Assembly (NCBI GenBank): GCA_963792965.1
Contig: CAWBYW010000016.1
Coordinates: 96,001-160,000, forward strand
Length of the DNA stretch: 64,000 nucleotides
Direction of reading: 5' to 3'
Source: an uncultured delta proteobacterium
Lineage (GTDB): Bacteria > Desulfobacterota > Zymogenia > Zymogenales > Zymogenaceae
Positions 20,264-30,760 of this stretch are shown here, piece by piece (the first letter of the stretch is position 1; each line of letters starts with the position of its first letter). Below the pieces are notes generated by a model. It made no database searches. It had not been told where the DNA came from and worked only from the letters and a program-made list of their open reading frames with translations. A program made the translations under genes and the position numbers.

Positions 20264-20494
20264 TCAGCGCTTTTTGACTGCCGCGACAACGAGGAGGATA
20301 ATCCCTCCGGTCAGTGCGACGACTCCCAGTATCGGCGGGAGGGGAAGCGTTTTGGTCTTCTCCGCGGTCACGTGCAAGGGACCGAGCTCGACGACATTCT
20401 CCTGGGTTTTATAGGTAATGCCGTGATAGGCCAGCGCCACGACCCCTAACACGATCAGAATAATCGCAACGACAATCATGACTTTTGGCTTCAT
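20264..20494 (-). CDS. Small membrane protein (DUF3185-like)
   Basis: IILIVLGVVALAY.GITY...E.VV.LGPL.VTAEK.KT.PLPPILG pattern; GGAGG RBS. Confidence 0.8.
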   Translation of the reverse strand: MKPKVMIVVAIILIVLGVVALAYHGITYKTQENVVELGPLHVTAEKTKTLPLPPILGVVALTGGIILLVVAAVKKR

Positions 20495-20710
20495 CCAGAC
20501 CTCCCATTCCCTTGCTTCTGGTAACCGCTTTACCCGCCATGATCATCCCTGGATGGCGCGACTAACGCCGGGATAGCGGCATCCCCTGCTACGTCGACCC
20601 TTGCTTAAAGTATTATTTACGCGATACGTTACGGTCCCTTTGAACTCTGCGTCGAGCGGAGTGTAGGTTTCGGTGAGAAGGGACGGCTGCGCCGGCGCGG
20701 CCGTGACGTC

Positions 20711-22117
20711 TCACGTGCGGGCCGTGCGAATCCTCCCGAGGACTTCCGTAAACTCCCGGATGTCCTTCATCTCATCGATTCTCATGGCGGATTCATAGAT
20801 CTCCCGCCATTGGCCGTCGGAAAGGAAGTTTCTCGTGCAGACGAGGAGCTTTTCCCGGATATCGATCGGGTTCTTGTAGGAGCCCTTCATCGCCTCGGTG
20901 AACTTCGAAAACGTCGCACCGTTCTTCATCACGAAGGTGACCTCGCCCGAATTGATTCCCTCCTGCATCTCCCTGACGTCAAGAGACGGATCGGCGGTGA
21001 ACTCTATTTTATCGAAGAAGGCGTGGAGTCTCTTGTCCGCCATCCTCTTCTTCGTAAACTGGGCCTCCGTCAGCTCACCGTCGAGGATCGCCGCCGCCAG
21101 CGGATAGACCGAATTGAAGAAGAGCGGCACCGCGGTCAGGTAATCGGTCTTGACGATCTCGCCTATCAGATCGACCAGCTCGTCGGTAGGCTTGTTGAGG
21201 AGCAGCGTCACCGTGGGGCACCGCACCTGGACCCGGTCGATCGCGTCGCGGTCGATCCCGTGCTCTCGGATCAGGTCAAGGGCGCTGTCCACCAGGGCGT
21301 CCAGCCACCCGCAGCAGGGATAGAGTTTGGGTGAGTGCGTGTCCGTGCGCCAGTCGGTGCCGAGGTCCTTGACCATCTCCGTCAGGTCGTACCGGTCAAA
21401 AATCGCGTTGGAGAAGCCGTCGGGGTGCTCGATGATCTTCCGAAAGCCGTGGAGCCCGCTCTTGGCCAGCGACGCACCGAGGATCCCCGCGTAGACCGGG
21501 GCCCCGGTGATGAACCCCTTGCTCGGGGAAAACCATCCGGCAAACGACTGGGTCATCGGCGGAAAACACGAGATCCCCACCGCGTCCATTATCTGTTCCT
21601 TCGTGAGACGGAAGAGTTTCCCGGCCACGAAGGCGGCATCGATCTGGTGGTTCGGGCACGAGTTGGTGAAAAGACGGCTCTTGATGTAGGCGTGGCCCGT
21701 CCTTCCGGAGATCTCGTTGCCGACGATCAGCGCCGTCAACAGCTCACGGCCGGATGCCCCGACCGCCTCCGCCACCGCCAGGGCGCAGGGGACGGTGGAC
21801 GCGCCGGAGTGCTGGGACCTGAGGTAATCCTCCCACTCGAGCGTCTGGGCGGCCACCGCGTTGGCCATCCCGGCGTGGCGCATGCTGCTCTTGGTGCCAC
21901 GGCCGATGAGGGTCGATTCTTCGCGGTCTCCGAACGACTCGACGCCGGCAAAGAGCGGCGCGAGCTCATCCGTGCGGCTCCCGGCAAGGATCGCCGCGAC
22001 GATGCCGATCACCTGCTCCTTGGCGCAGCCGACGGTCTTTTTCGGAATATCGGTAAACGCGAGGCCGGACGCCCATTCGCTCAGGATCTCCGTTACCGCA
22101 ATGCCTTTCTGTGTCAT
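20711..22117 (-). CDS. MmgE/PrpD family protein
   Basis: ANAVAAQTLEWED...HSGASTVP.ALAVAE...SGRELLTA..VGNEI; KLYPCC. Confidence 0.9.
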   Translation of the reverse strand: MTQKGIAVTEILSEWASGLAFTDIPKKTVGCAKEQVIGIVAAILAGSRTDELAPLFAGVESFGDREESTLIGRGTKSSMRHAGMANAVAAQTLEWEDYLRSQHSGASTVPCALAVAEAVGASGRELLTALIVGNEISGRTGHAYIKSRLFTNSCPNHQIDAAFVAGKLFRLTKEQIMDAVGISCFPPMTQSFAGWFSPSKGFITGAPVYAGILGASLAKSGLHGFRKIIEHPDGFSNAIFDRYDLTEMVKDLGTDWRTDTHSPKLYPCCGWLDALVDSALDLIREHGIDRDAIDRVQVRCPTVTLLLNKPTDELVDLIGEIVKTDYLTAVPLFFNSVYPLAAAILDGELTEAQFTKKRMADKRLHAFFDKIEFTADPSLDVREMQEGINSGEVTFVMKNGATFSKFTEAMKGSYKNPIDIREKLLVCTRNFLSDGQWREIYESAMRIDEMKDIREFTEVLGRIRTART

Positions 22118-22131
22118 GACAAATCCTCCGA

Positions 22132-22530
22132 TTATCCGAGCGGAAGGAGCACCATCGCCTGCATGACCGACGAGAAGCGCTCGACCAGCGCCATATCCTT
22201 CAGGGCGACGACGTCACGGACCGGGTCAAGCTCAAAGCGGAAGACCGTGGCGTAGGTCTTCTTCCCGGTCAGGATTTTCTCCCACTGGTCGCGCGTGGTG
22301 ACAAGGCGCGCGTGGCAAAACGGGTCGTCCCCATCTGTGACGGTCATCCCCTCGGGGGTGATCGTCACGGTATACGCCCGCCCCCCGGCCTCGGCGAGCA
22401 CGACCTTCTTGTGGAGGAGGTCCTCCACGATGCCCATCTGCAGCATGACGGGGATGAGCATATTGAAACGGTCTTTTACCCTGCCGAGCAATTCCAAGAG
22501 TCGTTCATTGTTTTTCACCGGGTTCTTCAT
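22132..22530 (-). CDS. Hypothetical protein, SCP2-like lipid-binding fold
   Basis: YTVTITPEGMTVTDGDDP...LVTTRDQWEKILTGK resembles SCP2; co-oriented with the PrpD gene. Confidence 0.55.
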   Translation of the reverse strand: MKNPVKNNERLLELLGRVKDRFNMLIPVMLQMGIVEDLLHKKVVLAEAGGRAYTVTITPEGMTVTDGDDPFCHARLVTTRDQWEKILTGKKTYATVFRFELDPVRDVVALKDMALVERFSSVMQAMVLLPLG

Positions 22531-22590
22531 GGCCCATTCTCGCTAAAGGGATGAGATAAACGGCAACCCGCGCCCTTCCCGGGCCGAGGC

Positions 22591-23909
22591 CTATTTCAAT
22601 CGTTTGACGATCTCAAAGACTTTTGCCAACGCCTCCCCCTCGTCGAACGTGAGGATCTTCCCCCAGTGATGGACGACCCGCCCCCCACGATCGTGGTCTT
22701 GACATCGAGCCCCCGCGCGGAATAGACGAGGTGGGACTCGTACGAGAAGAGCGGCGCGGCATGGGGACGCGACAGGTCGACGACGATCAGGTCCGCGGCC
22801 ATGCCCGGCGCAAGGCTCCCCACCTCCGTTTCCAGCCCGAGGGCCTCGGCGCCAAGGAAGAGCGAGAGCGAGAGGACGGTTTTGGCGTCCATCTGGGCGG
22901 GGTCCTTCGAGGCAAGCTTATGCCCCTTGGCGCAGAAGTCCATCTCGTAGAAGAGGTCCTGGCGGTTGTTGGAGGCCGGCCCGTCGGTGCCGAGCCCCAC
23001 AGGGATGCCGGCCGCCAACATCGCCGGCACCGGGGCAAGGCCGTTGCCGAGCTTGGCGTTGCTGCCCGGGCAGTGTACCACGGACGCGCCGTACTCGGCC
23101 AGGATATCGATCTCCTCGGGCTCGACGTAGACGGCATGCACCGCGATAAAGGTATCGGAAAGAATACCCTCCCGCGCGAGGAGGCGCACGGGTGTCGCCC
23201 CGTATTTCTGCGTGACCGTCTTCACCTCCGCCTCCGACTCGGCAAGGTGGGTGAAGAGCGGCACTCTGTACTCGTCGCACAGCTCCTTTACCGTGCGGTA
23301 TGTCCGGGGGGAGGCGGTGTAGGGGGCGTGAACGAAGAGGGCCGGGGTCACGAGGCCGCCGCCCTTCTTTTTCGTTTCTTCGAGGAATTGCCTGAGGACC
23401 GATAGGCGCCCGCCGTCGTCCTTCCACTGGGGCTGCGGCCCATCGATGACTCCCTGGGCCGAGATCGCCCTTATCCCCGCGGCGCCGAAGGCCTCGGCGG
23501 CAGAGGAGGCAAAGAAATAGGCGTCGGCGCACGTGGTGATGCCCGAGCGCAGCATCTCGGCGGCCGACACGAGGCTCCCCCAGTAGACCATGTCGCGTCC
23601 CATGAGTTTTTCTTCGGCGGGTATGATCCGATTAAATAGCCAGGTGTCAAACGGGAGGTCATCGGCATAGCCGCGCAGGACCGACATGGCGGCGTGGGTG
23701 TGGCCGTTGATGAGCCCCGGCATGACGAGGTCGCCCCCGGCATCTAAGGTGCGCTCGGCCTCAAATCCGTGGCCGATCTCGAATTCGTCGCCGACCGCGA
23801 CAATCACCCCGTCTTTTATGCAGACGATGCCGCTCGGAAAGCGGCTCCCCCGCTCATCGAAGGTGAGGACCGGACCACCCTTGACGATGAGGTCGACCTT
23901 CTCGGTCAT
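22591..23909 (-). CDS. MTA/SAH deaminase family amidohydrolase (paralog 2)
   Basis: PGLINGHTHAAM, HLAES, AVHAV, HCPGSNAKL, GTDGPASNN; probable homopolymer slip near 22685, true end ...VKRLK* at 22591. Confidence 0.9.
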
Positions 23910-24271
23910 ACGACCACCGACTCGTCATCGGCGCGCCAGGCCGGGTCAACGATGCAATAGAAGACGAGGTCGGAATTGCCCGTGTTCTCGGTCCACTGCA
24001 GCGCCCCGGGGGGGACGTAGACGAGGCTGCCCGCCGAGACCTCGGCCGCCTCATCATTCACGTGCATGATGCCCCGTCCCTCGGTGACGATGAAGACCTC
24101 GGAGGACGATTTCAGCCGGTGGGGCAGGTTCCGGGAGCCCTTCGGCATGCGCGCGACGGCGATCGAGTAATGCGTCGCGACGGGGTCCTTCATGGGCGAC
24201 ATGAGCTCCTTGATCGGCGTCGTGTCGGCGGCCGTGATGCCCGGCGTCTTATGCGGTTCAACGATTTTCAT
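23906..24271 (-). CDS. Cupin domain protein
   Basis: HRLKSSSEVFIVTEGRG...VYVPPGALQWTENTG...FYCIVDPAW. Confidence 0.88.
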   Translation of the reverse strand: MKIVEPHKTPGITAADTTPIKELMSPMKDPVATHYSIAVARMPKGSRNLPHRLKSSSEVFIVTEGRGIMHVNDEAAEVSAGSLVYVPPGALQWTENTGNSDLVFYCIVDPAWRADDESVVV

Positions 24272-24289
24272 TTGTTCTACCCGATTAGA

Positions 24290-24377
24290 GGATTTTGGTG
24301 ACACTCTACTTAATTAAGACTCTATAAATTGACGGGGTAGATCTCAATTAAAATTAAGCATGGTGTCCCCCTAATTC
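24290..24377. repeat. Degenerate palindromic element A (88 bp)
   Basis: Arms GGATTTTGGTGACACTCTACTTAATT and AATTAAGCATGGTGTCCCCCTAATTC are 19/26 complementary; same family as element B; overlaps the DUF3795 stop codon. Confidence 0.8.
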
Positions 24378-24784
24378 TACTTCCTTCTCCCGCACTCAGA
24401 ACAAACACCTTTATGAACACAAATAGTCCCACCACAATCGGGACATGTCCATCTTGATTTTTCGTTTAGTAGAAATTTTGTAATACCCAATTTTTCAATA
24501 TTCCCGAGATTTTCAATCATGCTCATAGTATACTTTGTTCTATATCTTTTGTCCAAATGCTTCAATGTATCGCAGGGAAAATCATTGCATTGAAAACAAA
24601 ACGTTGCCTTTCCATTCTTGAGGACTTCGCAGATTTTGATTTTGCATGTGGTGCGGGTAATCGGCTTGCCAACATCCGAGCCTCTGCATCCACGACATTT
24701 GTTACTTTCTCTCAGATATGCTAAGCAAACACCGCAATTCATCCCACAGGGGGCGATGAGCAAAGCTGCGCCTAATGATGCCAT
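24377..24784 (-). CDS. DUF3795 family Cys-rich protein (AT-rich, foreign)
   Basis: IAPCGMNCGVC.AY...CRGCR...CKIKIC...CFQCNDFPC..LKHLDKRY...CPDCGGTICVH...CSEC; visibly AT-rich against GC-rich flanks. Confidence 0.88.
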   Translation of the reverse strand: MASLGAALLIAPCGMNCGVCLAYLRESNKCRGCRGSDVGKPITRTTCKIKICEVLKNGKATFCFQCNDFPCDTLKHLDKRYRTKYTMSMIENLGNIEKLGITKFLLNEKSRWTCPDCGGTICVHKGVCSECGRRK

Positions 24785-24811
24785 GCTATTACTATATATT
24801 ATTTCCCAAAA

Positions 24812-24895
24812 GAATTAAGGGGACACAATACTTAATTCACTTTTCTTTGCTTATCCTGAAGGCCCGTTGAATTAAGTATTGTGTCCCCTTAATTC
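24812..24895. repeat. Perfect palindromic element B (28-bp arms, 28-nt spacer)
   Basis: GAATTAAGGGGACACAATACTTAATTCA (24812-24839) and its exact reverse complement (24868-24895); starts 2 nt after the upstream gene's stop. Confidence 0.92.
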
Positions 24896-24897
24896 GC

Positions 24898-26226
24898 TTA
24901 CCCCACCGACTTCCTCACCCTCCCCGACAGCTCCCGCGCCTTAGCCATGATGTCGGCCGCATCCGCCTTCGTTAGCTTGCCGTCGTGCACCAGCACGTCC
25001 CCGTTGACCAGCACGTCCCGCACGTCGGTGGATTTTGCGGCGTAGACGAGGTGCGAATAGGGGTTGTAGACAGGCGTCAGGTGGGGCTTATTGAAATCGA
25101 CGATGATGAGGTCGGCCTTCTTGCCGACGGCGAGCGTCCCCACCAGCTCACCGAGCCCGAGGGCTCGCGCGCCGTTTTTTGTGGCGGTCTGGAGGACGGT
25201 CTTTGCCTCCATGTGCGTCGGGTCCGCATCGTAGACCTTGTGGAGCTTTGCCAGCGTATCCATCTCCCCGAAGAGGTCAAGGTCGTTGTTGCTGGCGCAT
25301 CCGTCCGTGCCCAGCCCCACGACGATCCCCCGCCCAAGGTACTTGTGCACCGGCGCCCATCCCGAGGCGAGCTTCATGTTGCTCTCGGGGTTGGTGACGA
25401 CGGTAACATTCCTTTCACGCATGATCTCCATCTCGGCATCATCCACCCAGACGGCGTGGAGCGCCGTGAATCTCTCGTTGAGGACGCCCAGGTCGTCCAG
25501 ATACTCAAACGAGCTCTTGCCGTGCTTCTTCTTCACGTCCTCGATGTTTGCACGGGACTCCGCCACGTGGACGATGCAGCGCACCCCAAACCCGTCCGAA
25601 ATCTCCTTTGCCCGCACGAAGAGCTCCGGCGAGCAGGTGTCCAGCGCGTGGGGCTGGATGGAGGGAACGATAAGGGGGTCGCTCTGCCACTTCTTGATGA
25701 AGTTTTCCGTATACTCGAATCCCTTCTCGATGGGCCCGTAGTTCGGGGAGGGAAAGTCATAGAGCACCTCGCCGAGCACCCCCCGCATCCCCATCTCTTT
25801 GGCGGCTCTCGCCGCCGAGTCCTCGAAGAGGTACATGTCACAAAAGGTCGTCACCCCCCCGAGCAGCATCTCCGCGCAGGCGAGCTTCGTCCCCCAGTAG
25901 ACGAAGTCGTCGTCGAGGTTGGCCTTCTCGGCCGGAAAGATATAGTCGCATAGCCACCGCTCCAGCGGCAGGTCGTCGGCGATCCCCCGAAAGAGGCTCA
26001 TGGCCGCATGCGTGTGCCCGTTGACCAACCCCGGCATCACGACGCATCCCGTCGCGTCAATCTCGGTTCTTGCCGCCCAGCGACGGGCGGCATCGCTCCG
26101 TTTCCCCACGAAAGCGATCGCGTCGCCTACGACCACGACCGCGCCGTCTTCAATCGGGACCCCGTCCTCCATCGTCAGGACGATCCCGCCCGAAATAACT
26201 ACGTCCGCGCCGATTCTCTCCGTCAT
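24898..26226 (-). CDS. mtaD: MTA/SAH deaminase family amidohydrolase (paralog 1)
   Basis: MTERIGAD start; PGLVNGHTHAAMSLFRG, HVAES, NPESNMKLASG, GTDGCASNNDLD. Confidence 0.88.
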   Translation of the reverse strand: MTERIGADVVISGGIVLTMEDGVPIEDGAVVVVGDAIAFVGKRSDAARRWAARTEIDATGCVVMPGLVNGHTHAAMSLFRGIADDLPLERWLCDYIFPAEKANLDDDFVYWGTKLACAEMLLGGVTTFCDMYLFEDSAARAAKEMGMRGVLGEVLYDFPSPNYGPIEKGFEYTENFIKKWQSDPLIVPSIQPHALDTCSPELFVRAKEISDGFGVRCIVHVAESRANIEDVKKKHGKSSFEYLDDLGVLNERFTALHAVWVDDAEMEIMRERNVTVVTNPESNMKLASGWAPVHKYLGRGIVVGLGTDGCASNNDLDLFGEMDTLAKLHKVYDADPTHMEAKTVLQTATKNGARALGLGELVGTLAVGKKADLIIVDFNKPHLTPVYNPYSHLVYAAKSTDVRDVLVNGDVLVHDGKLTKADAADIMAKARELSGRVRKSVG

Positions 26227-27087
26227 TCCTCTTTTGTTTCTCCTATCCGCCGGATTACCGCGGCGATCAGTCTGATGAGGTCCGGACCGGTCCTCTTCTC
26301 CCGTGGCGATGATATCGTCGATCAGGATGGGAGCCATGGCGTCGGGGAGGTTAACGTTGGCCACGAGCGAAAAGCCCAACACCCGCATCCTCACGTGCGC
26401 CGCGGTGATCACCTCCATAACCGTCGACATGCCCAGGGCGTCGGCACCGAGGCCGCGAAACATCCTGGTCTCGGCCGCCGTCTCGAGGCTCGGGCCCAAG
26501 ACCCCGATATAGACCCCCCGGTTGACGTGGATGCCCAGCCTGAGCGCCTCCTCTTCGGCGATCTCGATGAGCTCCCGATCATAGGCCTTCGTCATGTCGG
26601 GAAAGCGGGGGCCCAACGTGTCGAGATTGGGGCCGACGAGCGGGTTACGGCCCGTGAAGTTGATCTGGTCGTGGATAACCATGATCTCCCCCGGCCGAAA
26701 GAGCGGATTGAGGCCGCCGGCCGAATTGGTGATGATGAGGGTGTTGATCCCAAGGGCGAAGAGGGCCCGGACGGCAAAGGCGATCTCGGGGGCCGTATAC
26801 CCCTCGTAGAGGTGGAACCGGCCCTCCATGGCCGCCGTCTCCACCCCGGCGATCCTCCCGATATGCAAAATCCCCGCATGACCCTCCGCGGTCGAGACGG
26901 GGAAGTGGGGGATCTCCCCATACGGGATCGAAACCTCCGTCTCCATGACCGCGGAAGTACCGGAAAGTCCCGTGCCGAGGATCACGGCCACGCGCGGACG
27001 GAGGTTTGTCTTGATGAGGATGTGATCGGCCGCCTCGTGGATCTCTTTGATCGCTTTGTCTGCATCGCGGGGGGGCTGGACTGTCAT
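26223..27087 (-). CDS. Purine-nucleoside phosphorylase (trimeric type); frameshift near 26300
   Basis: ILGTGL, YGEIPHFPVST.EGHAG, GRFHLYEGY, TNSAGG, GPSLET.AE, LGMST. Shifted frame ends ...LIRLIAAVIRRIGETKEE* with TGA overlapping the mtaD ATG. Confidence 0.92.
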
Positions 27088-27237
27088 GGTATGACTCCCT
27101 CCACTGAGATAGACCGCTGGACCGGACGGACACAAACGGTCCGTCTGCGGCGCACGGGTGAGTGGCATACGGTCAGCCGGGCCGCATGAGCACACGGCCC
27201 ATCGCGTCCGCGCGGCGCACCGTGCCCGAAAGTATCT

Positions 27238-30200
27238 TTACTTTGCGTTCGGCCGTATGGGCTTGGGCGGGATCGGGGTTTTCTTCTCCTCTTTTGGGAT
27301 CTTTTCGTCGACCGTGGAGAGAAGCTCGGTGATCTCCGCATCGTCGGGGAGCCCGTTTTTAGCCAGCTTCAGGTACTTCTTTGCCTCGGTATAGTTCTTC
27401 ATCTGAAAATAGATGAGCCCGAGCGCTTTTTCCGCCGGCGCGTTTTCGGCCTTGAGGACGAGGGATCGATTGGCCAGCTTCAGCGCCCTATCGAGCTTCT
27501 TGTTTTCTTTCGCGTACAGGAGTGCCGTGTCGGACCAGACCGAGTAGTCGCTCGGGTCAAGCGCGAGCGATTTCTCGTAATATTTGAGGGCCTCCGACAC
27601 CTTTCCGTTCCTGAGGTAGTAATCGCCGATGGTACGGAAGGTGGCATAGTCGTTCGGCTTGAGCTTGACCAGCGCAAGGTAGGCCGCCTCCGCCTTTTCG
27701 GGGTCGGGTTTGGCCTCATAGGTCTCGGCAAGCCCGAGCATCGCGGGGTAGTTGTCCGGTTTTGTCGCCAGCGCCGCCGTCAACAGCTCAACCGCTTTGT
27801 CATACTGCCCCGTGCGGGAATAGCACTGGCCCAACAGATAGTAGACATCGGTGTTGTCGGGGGCCATCTCCCGCGCCTTTTCGAGATACCCGATGGCTTC
27901 ATCAAACTTCCCGGCGATCCTCAGCCCGTCGCCAAGGTCGATGTAGGGCCTCGGGTCGTCGGGGTAGCTCTTCATGAGGTTGGTGTTGAATTCACGCAGC
28001 TTATCGAGCGCAACGTCGTAATCCGGCTTTATCGAGAGACAACGCTTGAGGGAGAGCATCGCCTCTTCCGACCATCCCCGCACGGCGAAGATGACGCCGA
28101 GGTTGTAGTGGGCCTTGTAGTTTTCGGGCTGGATGCGCACGACGTTGTTGAAGGCCGAGATCGCCTCGTCATAGGAGCCGAGCTTGACGTAGTTGGTGCC
28201 GAGGACGAAATAGAGGTCGGCGTTGTCCGGCTCGATCTCAAGCGCTTTCCAGATCGTATCGACGGCGAGCTTGTATTGGCCGGTGTTGGAGTAGCACTCG
28301 GCGACGTAGAGCATTGCCTGGATGTTTTTCGGATCCCGTGAGATCACGTCCGCAAAGACCCCGAGCGCCTTCTCGTAGAGTCCCCCGTCGAAATAGGTCT
28401 GCCCGAGCAGTATCTGCGCGTCGCTATAATCCGGCTTGACTTCAAGCGCCTTTCCGAGGGCCTTGGCCGCTTCGTCGTAGTTGGCCAGTTGGTGATAGGC
28501 AAGCCCGAGCATGAACAGGCCGTCGACGTATTCCGGGGAGTAGGAGACCGCCTTCTTGAAATATTCGAGGGCTTCCGGCGTCTTGCCGCCTTCCATCTTC
28601 AGAATACCGATCTGATAGTAGGCCAGGTAGTTATCCGGGGACTGCTCGATCGATTTTTCGTAGTTCAGGGTGGCATTGTCGGTATCTCCGAGCTTCCAGT
28701 AGACCTGGCCGAGGCTGTAATAGACCAAAAACTGGTTGGGATCGAGCTTGAGCGACTCCTCGTAGGCCGCAATCGACTTGTCGTATTCTTCCCGGTAGTA
28801 GTAGACCTTACCGACCCCCTTGTAGGAGCGGGGGTTGGCCGGATCGATGTCTTGCGCGCGCTCGTAGTAGTCCATGGCCTTGTCGAGCTCACGGTTATCG
28901 AGGTAGGTCTCGGCCATGAGGATCAGCGCATCAAAAAAGCGGGGGTCGATCTTGACTGCCATATCCAAGAGCGCCATGCCGTTGGTCTTTTCTCCCTTTG
29001 CGATATAGATATCCGCAAGCGAGTAGAGGGCCGTCGTGTTCTTCGGGTCGATCTCGACGACCTTCCGGAAGGTCTCGATGGCCGTGTCCTTCTGGCCCAG
29101 AAAGGCATAGAGATTGCCGAGGGCGAGGTAGGCGTCGACATACTTCGGATCCGTGTCGATGGCCTTCTTAAGTATGCGACGATGGCCGATTTCACGTCGC
29201 CGGCCTCGACATAGATCCTGGCCCTGTTATAGTATCCGGGCGCGTATCCCGGTTGTATCTTTATGGCCTTATCGATCGCGGCGATCGCCTTTTTCTTCTC
29301 CCCCATGGCAAGGTAGACACGCGAGAGCTCCACGTAGGCCTCGTAGTAGTCGGGCTTGAGCTTGATGGCCCGCTCCAGCGTGGCGACGGCATCACCGAAC
29401 CTGCCGAAGGACGCATACGACCTGCCGATGGCAAGGTACGCCGGGTAGAAATCGGGCTTTATCTTCAACACGCCCTCATAGACCGATATCGCCCGGTCGA
29501 TATCGCCGATGGCCAGCGCCACTCTCCCGATGTGGTCGTATCCGTCCACGAAATCGGGCCTGAGCTCCACGGCCTTCAGGTATGCCGCCAGGGCGTCCCG
29601 TGATTTCCCCTGGGCCTCCAGCACCGCCCCGAGCTCGTCGTATGCCAGGTAGTGGTGGAATCCAGGGCGACGGCCTCGTTGAGGAACTGCTCGGCCATGA
29701 CGTATTCGCCCTTCTTGAAGTAGGCGACGCCGAGGCCGTAGTCTATATCGGCATCCTTCGCGTCAAGGGCGAGTGCTCGGGAGAAGACCCCGATGGCGTT
29801 ATCGGTGTCGCCCGTCAAAAGGTAGATCGTCCCGAGCTCGGAGAGGACCTTCGGGTTGTCCCCGGCAAGGGCCAGCGCCCGGGTAAGGACTGTCACCGCC
29901 TCGGCGTATTCCTTCTGAGCGGAGAAGACTTCGCCCTTGAGGATATAGATGGAAGGATCGGCGGGGCGCAGCTTCTCGGCCCTCGCGAGAAAGGAGAGCG
30001 CACCCTCAAGGTTCCCCGAGGCCACCGCGTTTCTTGCCGAGAGGATGAGCGCGTCGAAGTGGTTGGGATCGATGGTCAACAGCGCGTCGAGCGCCGTTTT
30101 GGCCCCGGCGAAGTCTCCGAGGTCATACGACAGCTTCGCCATGAGGAGGAGCCCCTCCGGGGAATCCTTCGCCGTCTCGGCCGCCTTCTTATACGCGGCG

Positions 30201-30760
30201 AGGGCTTCTTTCGTCAGGCCCTCGGACGCCAGGAGTTTTCCTATCTTGATATATGCCTCGGTATAGTCAGGCTTGATGTCGACGGCCCGATTGTAGGCCT
30301 CAAGCGCCCCGTCGCGGTCGCCCGCGCCCGCCAGCGCATCGCCAAGGTAGTTGTAGGCAATGAACGAATCGCCGACGATATCGACGGCCTTTTTCAGCGG
30401 GTCCGTGGCCTCATCAAACCGTTTGTCCTCGAGGTAGGTCTTGCCGAGGTTGAAAAAAGCCTCGAAGAACTTCGGGTCAATGGTGACGGCCTCCCGGAAG
30501 GCCCGGGTAGCATTCTCGTGATCTCCCATCGCGAGGTAGACGAGTCCGATCTTATTCTCCGGGCGGGGATCACCGGGGGTGAGGCGGTAGGCGGTTTCAA
30601 ATTCCTTGAGGGCTTCCTGATACTCGGCGTTGTTCAGGTAAAAATCGCCCTGGCTCATGGCCGAGAGGAACTCGGTATCGTCGGTCTGGCCCACGAGAGG
30701 AGGGACTAGGGAAAGAAGAAGCATCACACACAAGGCGCACATCCAAACGGTTCGTTTCAT
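27238..30760 (-). CDS. Very large exported TPR protein (~1170 aa), split by two frameshifts
   Basis: Signal peptide MKRTVWMCALCVMLLLSLVPPLVG; TPR periodicity continues across ORFs 29576-30805, 28923-29624 and 27238-28977, with shifts near 29655 and 29165. Confidence 0.85.

Noticed and set aside
24290-24895. CRISPR array or integron attC sites
   Set aside because: Only two elements, each an inverted repeat, separated by a whole gene; no cas or intI in the window; no attC core sites.
24898-27195. Apparent 765-aa PNP-deaminase fusion protein
   Set aside because: Removing one base near 26300 restores a normal PNP C-terminal helix whose TGA overlaps the mtaD ATG; the 'linker' is out-of-frame sequence.
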